From a virus, in IMG/VR virus record IMGVR_UViG_3300045988_155520, positions 64,001-128,000 of that record: DNA of 64,000 nucleotides; one strand, written 5' to 3'. Shown one piece after another: positions 15,814 to 26,300 of the stretch (within the stretch, counting starts at the first letter, position 1; each line of letters begins with the position of its first letter). A program made the translations under genes and the position numbers. The notes below the pieces were generated by a model, which had not been told where the DNA came from, ran no database searches, and saw only the letters and a list, made by a program, of their open reading frames with translations.

Positions 15814-18800
15814 TTATCCAATAATAAATTGTTTTAATTTTCTATGTCCGTCACTATTTGGATGTAATCCATCTTTTGCACGTTTAACTTCAAGCCATTG
15901 ATTATCAGAAAGATTTACACAGTTAAAACCATTATCTCTAATTAATTTATCAACTTTTACTCGTGTATTTGAATCCCAAGCATGAATATTATTGTAAGTA
16001 TAGTTAGGTGCATAGACACAACCTACCCAAATAACTTTCTTTCCCTGTAATAGTGCTTTCATTTTCTTTAAACCCTCTACAGTTTGATTAGTATTATTAT
16101 TGTGGATATTAGGTGCATCATTCGTTCCTAAGAATACAATCACAGTATCAACACTATTCAACTTACTCTTCACGCTATCATAATAGAAAGATTTTGGATT
16201 AACTTCAACTCTCTTTCCATTGACATATCTGCGTGGCTGACTAATACCAGCAAATTCTCCAATTGAAATTCCTGGTTCGCAAACGAAGTCTGCATTTTGA
16301 TATAAGCCAGAATTTTTTGCACCAGCTGCAATTGAATCTCCAATTACCAATAACCTCTTTGGTGATACTTGTGTATTATTAGTTGTTGAGGTATTGTTAA
16401 TATAACCTGCATTACCACAAGAGCCTTGATAACGGTATACCTTAACAATGAAACTTCCACTTCTATAAGGTACAACGTTACTTGCTTTTCCCTCTGCAGC
16501 CCATGTACTTCCATCCCACATAGCAACGTGGAAACGCTCTGGTTCATTTCCATTACGTGACGGATTAGGCTTATTAGAAGTCCACAAACAAGAAATATCA
16601 CCAATCTGTAGGTTGACGTGTGTTCCATTTAAGCTTCCATCGGTTGCTTGATTAACACCCTCATAAATTTTGACAAAACCTAATTTCTCAAGAGATTCAG
16701 TCCACTCCCATGGGTATCCATAAGTACCTTTTCCCATGCCCGTTGATTTACTTATTAATCCAGAAGCGATAAGTGCTGCTCTTACGGATTTCGTACACTC
16801 TCCATTTGTTGCTACTTGACCTAATGGCAAACTATTAGATTTTATATATGAGGCAGCTACCTCTACATTCCAATCACATATTTTACCATTTATTATGTTA
16901 CCACCAGTTAGATTGGCTGTTAATGTTTCACAAGCAATAAGTTCCACATTCTTGAACCATGAAGCTTTTACACCATCTGGTCTTGAATTAATCCAATCAG
17001 ACTTGAAATTCTTATTAGCCAAAACTTCAGATGGTTTTCTACCATATTTCTTTAACAATGATAAAAAGAAATCATTAGGTAAAGATTCATTTATTGGATA
17101 ATTTGAATAATTAAAATTATTATTAACTATTTTCAAACCTGTTACAATACGGCAACGTGTTGCGCCACCGCTATTTGTTTGAGATACAGTAACACCAATA
17201 GATATAGGTTTTAAACCAAAAGAATTACCATCTTTCGCATTCCAATATATCTCTGACACATAATCATGATAACCATTTAAAAGTACATCAAATAATTGTG
17301 TCATGTGACTATTTCCTCCATCTGATTGTTTAAAGATTAGATAATTACCTTTTATCTCCTTATTAAATCCACAAGTTAACTTAACATTATAATCTCCAAA
17401 GGTTTTCTGTACGGCATTAAATAATGAACTTGTAAAAGAATCATCATTAGTACTACTTGTAGATGGTTGCACCGTAGTAGTATTACCATTATTGATATAA
17501 TAGTTGTAGTAAGCAACAGCCTTATTCTGTCTATCTCTACGTGCAGCACCACTACTTTGTTCAAAATAAGCATCCCATGCTGCAGCAGCATCAGAAGGAG
17601 TATTTGTAGCTAAAAGTCTTTGTGCAGACTTTGTACTATTCTTTCTATAAGGTCCTGTTAATGAAATAAAGACATATTCTAACTGTTTATCAATATTCAT
17701 TGATTTAGGTATTACTGGTGCTGGACCGCTATTTGGATAAGAAGTACCATTTGGTGAATTGAAAGCCATCTTAGGGTTATCATTATTCATCATCATACTT
17801 AATGCAGATTTATTAAGCATGAATAAACCACCAGAATAATAACCATTCGAGTCTTTAATAACTTTATATGGGTCAAACCCTGGAGATTCAATAGCAATAT
17901 TTCCAACAATACCAGCTGCTTGTGCTACTGATATAGTACCGAACTCTCCACCAATAGTTCTATTCCAGATACTAATAACTTTACTAATCATAGTAGCGGA
18001 TTTCTTACTTTCATCACCAGTCAATTCTACACCTTCTCCGCCAATATCAGTACCAACAGGGTAAATCTTATATTCACAATCATTATCCACGTCAGCAACT
18101 CTATTTGCAGCCGTAAATTCAGAGCCACTTTCAGAAGTATTGTTTGCTAAAAGGAGTGGTGATTTATTCAATCGTGTTTGTACATTAGCCATACGAACAC
18201 CTGTAAAGGTTGTTTGGAATTTTCCTGGTTCTATTTTGTGACTAACTTCCTCTATCAAGTACGACCCTCTAAACATAGGTACATTGTTCAATGTAAAATA
18301 CATTAAAGGCTGTACCCATGCACACCCTAACATGGTAACAGTGCATGAATATGAATTATTTGAATAAATGGTAAATAAATCCTGACCTGTTGATACTATC
18401 TTTTTGTCACCATTTTTACCATCTCCTACGGCAGCTGAGGCAATAGCAAATGTAGCCTGTAATGACTGTTCTGTCATCATAGGGTTTTCCATTCCAATCT
18501 CAATATTGTTAAAGAAACTCTGGTACTGCATTCCATATCCAACACCAAAGGCAGGTATCTTATACCAATTTTTCTTATTAACCTCTGATAAATTTCTTGA
18601 TGTTATAGCTATTGGTGCTAATTGAGGGTTCTTAGATATTTCTTCTGGATTCAAAGAAAAACCATCATCTTCATAATCACCTCTTCCACCTGTGTTTATT
18701 TTACTTGAATGTTCATACGAATATAGAACTACAAAGTCTGGATGCCTTTTAGGTGTACGCATTGAATTAAATGGAACTGGTGTAAACATACTTTCCATAT

Positions 18801-21800
18801 TACGTTTATCACTTAAATCCATAAAATTCTGAACAGATAACATTATACATCTATTTGTAGCAAACATATCTGACATGAAACTTACCAAACTTGATAAATA
18901 GTTGTTCTGGTCAGTTACCATTAGTAATTTGTTAACCATGTCACCAACGTCTACAAATAATTTATCACCTATCTTGTTGTAATAAGAATCAATAAAATAG
19001 AAATTATGTCCGTCTGTTTGTTTATCACTACCTGTTTCATCACTGAAGAATTTATACATTTTCCATTCTTCAAAATTTGATGAAGCAACCCACTTATCAT
19101 AAAGAAGTTTTAAGTAGTTATAAAATGCAATCTTCATGTCATCGGTAGCTTTGTCAGCGGATGGTGCAAAAGACGGTGCGCTAACTGAATCTGAAGTATC
19201 TATTTTTCTTGATACACTATATTCTTTTGCTAAAGCATTCAGGAATGTGTCTAAATAGATTTTAGCCATACCCTCTGTGATGAGCTGGTAATCGTTACCT
19301 ATATTGTTCTGATTTGTTTCAAAATCATTGTCAATAGTAGCACCCTTGATGATTCTTACAGGTAACATCAACTCTTTCATCAGCATATTCATTGATTGTG
19401 ATGTCTCATTGTTGAATAGTCTCAATAAATCATCATAATTAGCAAAAGCCTCTCTATACACATTAACAGTATTACTCTTGAAATTACCTGTAGCTGCATC
19501 CAAATTTATATCATATGGCGCAAATAATTTATTATATTTTGTGTCAGCCCAATTAGTAAACTCTTTAATATAGCGTGCTACCATGGCAGAGTTCATAAAT
19601 TTCAAATGACGTAAGTTACTTAAATATTTATTACTTTCCATCATTGAATTTAAATTCTTAAAATCAAGCCAGCCGTTATTGGATGTGTTTAGATATAATA
19701 TAGCACCTATTTGAAGTATTGCAGAATAAGGAACTATAATCTGTCTCTTTTGTGATATATCACCTAATATTTTGTTAAAATCATACATAGGTAATAAAGA
19801 GTATAGAACCCACGCACATCTTTTTCTAATACTTCTTTCTTCTCTGAAAAAATTTTGAGAGAATATAGAATAATCCATATGTAAACCTAAACGCTTTGAC
19901 CCCTTTCCTGTATTAATACCACAGAATTGAGTTATTGCATAAGTTTCAGGATTAGTACCTATGTTTGTATAATCTGTACCGTTATGTAATCTCTCTAATT
20001 TAACATATTTGGTTGCATAAGTATTTGTATTCTTAACTTTATCATAAAAACGAATGTTCTTTCTATCTTTTTCTTGATAGGGTACATCTACTGCTTTTTG
20101 AACAAGAGGTTCAATTTTGGAATTGTTAGTTCCGAAATAACTACTAAACGTTTCAGGACTATATGACACATTGAATCCATCTACGTTATTAACAAAATCA
20201 GAATATCCCTCTGGTGAAGAACCACTTCCTAAAGATTTCTGAATTATTGTATTAACTCTGTCTATATTTTTATCAAAATAAACAACACATTCGTTAGTAA
20301 CATCATCTGAATTTATAATGCTACTTCCTTTCTTTATTGGTGCAAAATTAGAGATAATTTCATCATACCCCTCACCAAAATCTCCATTATTAGCTATGCT
20401 TACCGCCTCACTAATTGTGTATTTACCTAACGGTGAAAAATATGAATAGCCATTTCCACTATTCGTTAGGAAATTACTATTACTAACCTTGAATATATTA
20501 AGGAAAGGAGAAAAATCACTTCCTACTTTTGTTGCAAGTGGTTGATTTCCCCATGAATTAGATTTGTTAGACTCAGTTACAATTGATAAAACATCATCTG
20601 AATTTATACCACCTTGTTCATTTGCGTTTGATTGTAATAATCTTCTGATTACATTTCCTGGTTGTAAGAAAATATATGTAAAATTCTTAGCTTCAGTTTC
20701 AGCAATAGTTTTAATAGTTTCGTTCTTCAAATCTCGTCCATTTAAACCAAAACCAAGTATTTGAATCATACGCATAAAAACTCTACCTGCAAATTCTCTT
20801 TTGTCATTTACAGGCAATGCATCTTTATAATCACCATAAGGATTAGACTTAGTAATAAAGTCAAAATTGGCTACAGGGAAATGTATTCTTGAATTACCGC
20901 TTTCTAAGATATTATTAGCACCATTAGCTGTTAACACATCATTCTCATCTAAACGTTCTTGAATATGCTGTGCATTAGCAATAATATAAGCTACCTGATT
21001 GATACCATTGAAAATTTCATTAACAAGGTCTGCTTCTCTAAACTTCTTAGAACGTCCAAATTCTCCGACCCAAGAATCTTCTCTTTTTGTAACACCATTT
21101 TCTGTAATATCCTTTGTGAATCTTGGGAATGGTGGTACTATTTTTGTTCTAACAGAAACATCTGGTATATTTATGTTGCTTATACCTAAGTCATTAATGG
21201 TACGCTGTTCGCTCTGTATAGATTCAACAACTTGATACATCAAATACATAAATGTTTCAAAATGAGCCATATAAATCTTTGACATATTAGATATTGTTGG
21301 GTTAAAACCAAGAGCTTGTATTAATACTTTTTGTTTCTCACGTCTAACTTCTTCTTCAATTTCTTCAATATCTTCACTTTCAGCGTTAATACTTTCTTGT
21401 AATACAGAGTAATCACCAAAATTAAAAATAAAAGCATAACTATAGTGTCTTCCATTTTCAAAAGGATTAATCTTCTTACCTGCAAAAGCATTTCTAACCT
21501 CATCAGCAGTTAAACCTCGTACATTGGTAAATTCGCTATTTGTAAATGGTGTACCAAGTCTATTGATAATCTTTACAGGTAAAATATCTGTAAAGTTTTG
21601 AGCTGGAACTGGGTATACTTCACCTGTACTTTCCTCTACTCTGTTAGCTGCTGCTATAAGATTTGTTAGAGAATCAAATATACTAATATTTTCGCCATCT
21701 TTAAGATAAGATATAGTACCAAAATTAGTAACTGACCCACCCTTTATTGCTTCTTCTGATACTAATACGATTACAGATTTGTAAGTAGTACCATCTTCAC

Positions 21801-22956
21801 GCATTACAACACCATATTTACCGTTAACTGAAGATTCGTTATCAAGAATATTTATTAAATTTGTAAAGAAATCATTATATGCAGCATAAAGTTGTGTTCT
21901 ATCATTAACTGTTGTATTCTTCTTATTATAACGTGAAATAATAGGATTGTCTTGTCCTAACTCTTCGGCTTTATGAAGAACAAAACCATAGTTAGCACAC
22001 AATTCACTCAATTTAGGCATAGGTGTAAGCTGCCCAGAAGAATCTGGTATAACAAATTCTCCCTCTTCAACTTTTCTTTCCCAATAATTAGACCCATCCA
22101 GATTGTTGCAATAAGGTGCTGCCATACACGCAAGAAGAGAAACGTCATTCATGAATGAGAATGAATAACCAACAAACTTAGCGGTAGCATTAAAGTTACC
22201 TGTCGTGGAATCAAACTTTACTCTAAAATCATTACATGTAATTTCATAAGATACAGGCTGCCCATAGAATCCTTTTACTGTGATATTAAATCTTGGATAT
22301 GGAAACGTAAAGAAACACTGAAAGAAAGACGAAGCTATGTCTTTTTCAGAAAAACCCCTTAACCCATTAAATCCATCACCATTACGCATTTCAGTAGGTG
22401 CCATTAATGAACCACCACGTATATCAACGAACTCTATAGTAACCTGTGGGACCATCCATTGCTGATAAGTAATATCAACAGATGATATTCCAAACATTTC
22501 TGTTGTTCCGTGGTCCTTTAAATCATAATAAAAACTATCAGTATAATCGGTAGATAAACCATTAGAATAACCCCAATAATCACTTCCTACCTTTGCTGTT
22601 TTATGATTCTTAATATCCTCTTTACCCTCTCTAACAGATTTAAAGAAAGATTCATCATATTGTCTATCAGAATCTCTACGGTAGAACTTTTTACCCTCCA
22701 TAAAGTTTACGGAAGATTTACCACCTTGGTCAGTCCATGACATTATTATCACACTTTTATCATGTGGATTCTTCTTTGCATCGAAATTTCTGCCAACGAC
22801 CTCTACCTCCATGTTAAGCGCAATACAATAGTCTTCAAGGTCAGGTGCCTTGAAGTGGTCTCCATGGTCTGTCGTTACACCAGAATGAAAATTAAGTGTG
22901 TTGTTAGGTTCAACATATGCAACACTATCTGTTATATTACTAACACTTGCCATCAA
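15814..22956 (-). CDS. Giant virion (baseplate hub / tail-tip) protein, 2380 aa, with three predicted C-terminal hydrolase domains: lysozyme-like, papain-like amidase and SGNH esterase
   Basis: VAQAAGIVGNIAIESPGFDP...GGLFMLNK (phage tail lysozyme-like, about nt 17500-18000). GECTKSVRAALIASG ... ERFHVAMWDG (Cys/His NlpC-P60/CHAP-like, about 16450-16870). LLVIGDSIAAG ... FLGTNDA ... DGLHPNSDGH (SGNH/GDSL blocks I, III and V, about 15817-16365). It lies downstream of the tape measure and LysM-like genes. Confidence 0.65.
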   Translation of the reverse strand: MMASVSNITDSVAYVEPNNTLNFHSGVTTDHGDHFKAPDLEDYCIALNMEVEVVGRNFDAKKNPHDKSVIIMSWTDQGGKSSVNFMEGKKFYRRDSDRQYDESFFKSVREGKEDIKNHKTAKVGSDYWGYSNGLSTDYTDSFYYDLKDHGTTEMFGISSVDITYQQWMVPQVTIEFVDIRGGSLMAPTEMRNGDGFNGLRGFSEKDIASSFFQCFFTFPYPRFNITVKGFYGQPVSYEITCNDFRVKFDSTTGNFNATAKFVGYSFSFMNDVSLLACMAAPYCNNLDGSNYWERKVEEGEFVIPDSSGQLTPMPKLSELCANYGFVLHKAEELGQDNPIISRYNKKNTTVNDRTQLYAAYNDFFTNLINILDNESSVNGKYGVVMREDGTTYKSVIVLVSEEAIKGGSVTNFGTISYLKDGENISIFDSLTNLIAAANRVEESTGEVYPVPAQNFTDILPVKIINRLGTPFTNSEFTNVRGLTADEVRNAFAGKKINPFENGRHYSYAFIFNFGDYSVLQESINAESEDIEEIEEEVRREKQKVLIQALGFNPTISNMSKIYMAHFETFMYLMYQVVESIQSEQRTINDLGISNINIPDVSVRTKIVPPFPRFTKDITENGVTKREDSWVGEFGRSKKFREADLVNEIFNGINQVAYIIANAQHIQERLDENDVLTANGANNILESGNSRIHFPVANFDFITKSNPYGDYKDALPVNDKREFAGRVFMRMIQILGFGLNGRDLKNETIKTIAETEAKNFTYIFLQPGNVIRRLLQSNANEQGGINSDDVLSIVTESNKSNSWGNQPLATKVGSDFSPFLNIFKVSNSNFLTNSGNGYSYFSPLGKYTISEAVSIANNGDFGEGYDEIISNFAPIKKGSSIINSDDVTNECVVYFDKNIDRVNTIIQKSLGSGSSPEGYSDFVNNVDGFNVSYSPETFSSYFGTNNSKIEPLVQKAVDVPYQEKDRKNIRFYDKVKNTNTYATKYVKLERLHNGTDYTNIGTNPETYAITQFCGINTGKGSKRLGLHMDYSIFSQNFFREERSIRKRCAWVLYSLLPMYDFNKILGDISQKRQIIVPYSAILQIGAILYLNTSNNGWLDFKNLNSMMESNKYLSNLRHLKFMNSAMVARYIKEFTNWADTKYNKLFAPYDINLDAATGNFKSNTVNVYREAFANYDDLLRLFNNETSQSMNMLMKELMLPVRIIKGATIDNDFETNQNNIGNDYQLITEGMAKIYLDTFLNALAKEYSVSRKIDTSDSVSAPSFAPSADKATDDMKIAFYNYLKLLYDKWVASSNFEEWKMYKFFSDETGSDKQTDGHNFYFIDSYYNKIGDKLFVDVGDMVNKLLMVTDQNNYLSSLVSFMSDMFATNRCIMLSVQNFMDLSDKRNMESMFTPVPFNSMRTPKRHPDFVVLYSYEHSSKINTGGRGDYEDDGFSLNPEEISKNPQLAPIAITSRNLSEVNKKNWYKIPAFGVGYGMQYQSFFNNIEIGMENPMMTEQSLQATFAIASAAVGDGKNGDKKIVSTGQDLFTIYSNNSYSCTVTMLGCAWVQPLMYFTLNNVPMFRGSYLIEEVSHKIEPGKFQTTFTGVRMANVQTRLNKSPLLLANNTSESGSEFTAANRVADVDNDCEYKIYPVGTDIGGEGVELTGDESKKSATMISKVISIWNRTIGGEFGTISVAQAAGIVGNIAIESPGFDPYKVIKDSNGYYSGGLFMLNKSALSMMMNNDNPKMAFNSPNGTSYPNSGPAPVIPKSMNIDKQLEYVFISLTGPYRKNSTKSAQRLLATNTPSDAAAAWDAYFEQSSGAARRDRQNKAVAYYNYYINNGNTTTVQPSTSSTNDDSFTSSLFNAVQKTFGDYNVKLTCGFNKEIKGNYLIFKQSDGGNSHMTQLFDVLLNGYHDYVSEIYWNAKDGNSFGLKPISIGVTVSQTNSGGATRCRIVTGLKIVNNNFNYSNYPINESLPNDFFLSLLKKYGRKPSEVLANKNFKSDWINSRPDGVKASWFKNVELIACETLTANLTGGNIINGKICDWNVEVAASYIKSNSLPLGQVATNGECTKSVRAALIASGLISKSTGMGKGTYGYPWEWTESLEKLGFVKIYEGVNQATDGSLNGTHVNLQIGDISCLWTSNKPNPSRNGNEPERFHVAMWDGSTWAAEGKASNVVPYRSGSFIVKVYRYQGSCGNAGYINNTSTTNNTQVSPKRLLVIGDSIAAGAKNSGLYQNADFVCEPGISIGEFAGISQPRRYVNGKRVEVNPKSFYYDSVKSKLNSVDTVIVFLGTNDAPNIHNNNTNQTVEGLKKMKALLQGKKVIWVGCVYAPNYTYNNIHAWDSNTRVKVDKLIRDNGFNCVNLSDNQWLEVKRAKDGLHPNSDGHRKLKQFIIG

Positions 22957-22982
22957 CTTTTCTTTAAAATTTAAATTATTTT

Positions 22983-23303
22983 TTATTCGATTCCATATAA
23001 TCTGATATATTCTTCTACATCAGATTGATAATCTTTAATAACCGTTTCCAAAGGGTAAGGAATACGTAACTTAGTTCCATCAGGTATATTATACTCTAAA
23101 GAGCCAATTTCAGGATTCGCTTGCAGAATTAACCACCCATAATTAGGATTATCATAATATTGGTAAGATAATAAATCAAACCTTGTATTTCCAGCTTCAT
23201 AATAAGTATACATATCCGTATCTTTAACTGGAATTTTAATGAATGGGACTTGTTTAATAGTCCCACTCATTCTAAACTGCTGATATCTATCAAATGTAAC
23301 CAT
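22983..23303 (-). CDS. LysM-like tail protein (P2 gpX-like)
   Basis: 106 aa. NTRFDLLSYQYYDNPNYGWLILQANPEIGSLEYNIPDGTKLRIPYP fits the gpX/LysM pattern (D.l...yYg.....w.I..aNp.......l..G..l.iP). It sits between two hub-region genes. Confidence 0.45.
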   Translation of the reverse strand: MVTFDRYQQFRMSGTIKQVPFIKIPVKDTDMYTYYEAGNTRFDLLSYQYYDNPNYGWLILQANPEIGSLEYNIPDGTKLRIPYPLETVIKDYQSDVEEYIRLYGIE

Positions 23304-23308
23304 ATTTA

Positions 23309-26300
23309 CTATTTTTTATAAATTCTACCTCGACCTTTGGTATCAACATATAGACCTTTCTTAAGGATATCTTGTGATACTGTTTGTCTTGTATTTTTTT
23401 CATTAACAAACTTATAATCAGCAAAGTAAAAACCTTCACGATAATTATCCTGTTTATCTTCTATTAAAGGTGGGGTTAAACCTGAACGAATAGTTTTTAC
23501 TGGTTTACTTCCATATATAAACCATTCGGCTTCATCATTTTTTGTATTATTTTTACGTCTACTTCTACATCCCCAACATTTCGCATCCACAACTTGTTTT
23601 GTATTCTTATCATAATAATATATGTAAGCAATAAACATAAAATTAGTTTTTCTTCTATCCAGATAATTTTTAATCATTTCATAAAAGTCAAAAGGACCTG
23701 TTGGTATAGTTTCTTCAAATGGGGTTACACCATCTGTTGCCTCCATCAATTTATTACCTTGTCCACTGAAACGTGAAATACCAAACCTAATATACTTACA
23801 TATAACCCTCTTACTATTGTTGTTAGAGATACCCGAACGAACAGGTGCTTTAACCTTAAGAGGTTCCTGCTGACTGGTTGTAACACCCTCTTTAATAACT
23901 TCCGCTGTTTCGTTTGTAGTACCACTTCGGTTTGGAGTCGGTGTTGGTACTGAAGATTGAGTTCTTGATGACTTGTTTCTTCTATGTCCAGTAGACTTAG
24001 CATTAACAGCCTTGGCATCTACAGCTTTAGCATTTACTGCCTTTGGTTGAGATTCTACTTTATTAGCAACATTTGTATCTTTTGCACCAACTTCATCATT
24101 AGCATCACTTATTGGTACTGCTTCTGACTCTGGCAAATTATAATTTACTTCAAACGGCTTAAAGTAGGTAAGTTTACCATTACTATATTCTGCCTGTTCA
24201 GACCTATTATCATATACCTCTGTATTGGCATAGTAATTGAATGATACAGCATTTTGAAGACGAGCAATAGGTCCAGATAGACCGCTACCACCTAAGAAGC
24301 TAAAGCTAATACTAATATCAGCAAACATTGGCATTATACCTATACCCTCTTGATTTAAATCCCACTGAACAGGGTCATATTGAATACTAATAGATTTAAT
24401 TGCAATCTTTGTATAATAGAAATCACCTATTCTAAGAATACATACTGGCGGTCTACCGAATGCAAGGTTATTAGCTATACGATTATTCTGATTAACATCG
24501 CTTGCACCAATTGTAGGACCTTGACGTGTACACTGATGTAAGAATGTTAAGCGTGCATTAAAACCTTCAGGTGATACAGAATGGAATGCAGGGTCAAAGT
24601 ATTTTACTTTTTCGGTAACTAAGTTATGCAATGTAGGGTCATTAAGTTTGAGTAATTTAAAGAACTCACCCTCATTATCATATCTTGGATAATTTCCTAA
24701 TTCTGTTTTATTCTTTGCTTTATCATTATCATTTACATTTTTCTCACCAATACATTTTTCATACAACTTCCATGCTTGGTCTGGCGTTATACTACCTTTC
24801 TCTACAACAGACATAACTTTCGCTTTACACTCATCATCTGTCATACGACTCGTAACTTCTGACATTGTTGTAAAGATTTTTTCTGTACCATTACCATTAT
24901 CTTTACTGAATGTCGGATTTTCCAATAAGCTAATAGCACTTAAAAGTGTATCTAAATAGGGGTCTGTATCACCACAAGGTATTCCTTCGATACCTTTCTT
25001 GTATATATTGACAATTCCCTTAACTTCTTCTATATTATACTGTTTAGCTATATAAACACCATCACGATTACTCTTTAAGTCGTCAACTATTTTTAGTGCT
25101 AAAGTTGAATAAACAAACTTATCGCCTATATCTTGTTTCTGTTTACCATAATCTTCAAGATATTTCAGCCCTACAGATTTACTAAGTTCTTTTCTGACTC
25201 TGTCATAAATACGAGGATAGCTACAGTATTGGATTGCATAATCACGAAGTTTATCATAATCATATTTAGTATATAAACTTATAGATGTTTCTTCGTTTAA
25301 ATATACTTGTTTGATTACTTTACTAAACTCTTTATCATCGTTTAACAAGGATGGATTACCATTTGTTTTGTAGAATAAATCAACACTTTCTAAAAACCAT
25401 GGTTCATAATAAACATATTGATTCTTATATTCTTCTTCAAATTCTAATCTATGTGCATTACCCCATTTATAAATGTTATCAAAGTCGAATACAACAGGTC
25501 TTCTGGTTGTTTCATCTGGATAGAAATTATAATCATAGAAATAACGATATGCCATAGCCTTGTTAAATGACTGTTGGTCAGTCACATTCACTTCTGGAAC
25601 ACCATTTCCTATTACTTTTTCACGTGTTTCTGAATTTGATGTTGAAGTTTCATCTGATGTAGATGTAGTTTCTCTTGAATAAACACTTGATGAATCATTG
25701 GAAGATAAACTTGCAGTTCTGTAAGCATCTCTTATCCATCCACGTATCTTTTCTCTATTACTATCACTGAATCCATCTATTTCACCAGTACACTCTTTGC
25801 CCTGAATGCCATTTCCGTACAGTTTAAGGAGTTCTTTTTGTGTACTACTGTCATTCATCCACATGTCCACACTTAAGCGGTTATAAGCGTTCTTAGGACG
25901 TGAATAGAACTTGTTCCAATAATGTGCACCACAACGCATAATGAAAATATCATTACAAGTATATCCTGTTATATTTCCATCATTATCCTTTGAACCTAAT
26001 ATAGTCCAATCTTTTCCTTCTTCATTGTCAAGTTGTGGCAATTTAGGGTCTTGCAGAATCTTAGGTGTATTAGTCATACTGTCTTGACTATCCACAGTCA
26101 AAGCGTCTCTATAATGAATGATAATAGCAGCACTTCTCCATTGCTTGATAAGTATGTCATCCACGTCATTATTAGCAATTCTTTTAGGTGTTGTTTGAAT
26201 ATTTGTTCTTGTATTATTTTCACCTGATTTTGCTAAATCTTGGAACGGTGATTTAAAAGAAGAAAACCATGCTTTAGCTGTATCAGCTCTTTGCATCGCC

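Noticed and set aside
23990-24050. Short tandem repeat (AKAVN/AKAVD x3, 15-nt unit) as a possible CRISPR-like or regulatory repeat.
   Set aside because: It has only three in-frame copies inside a CDS with no spacers. It is a simple coding micro-duplication.
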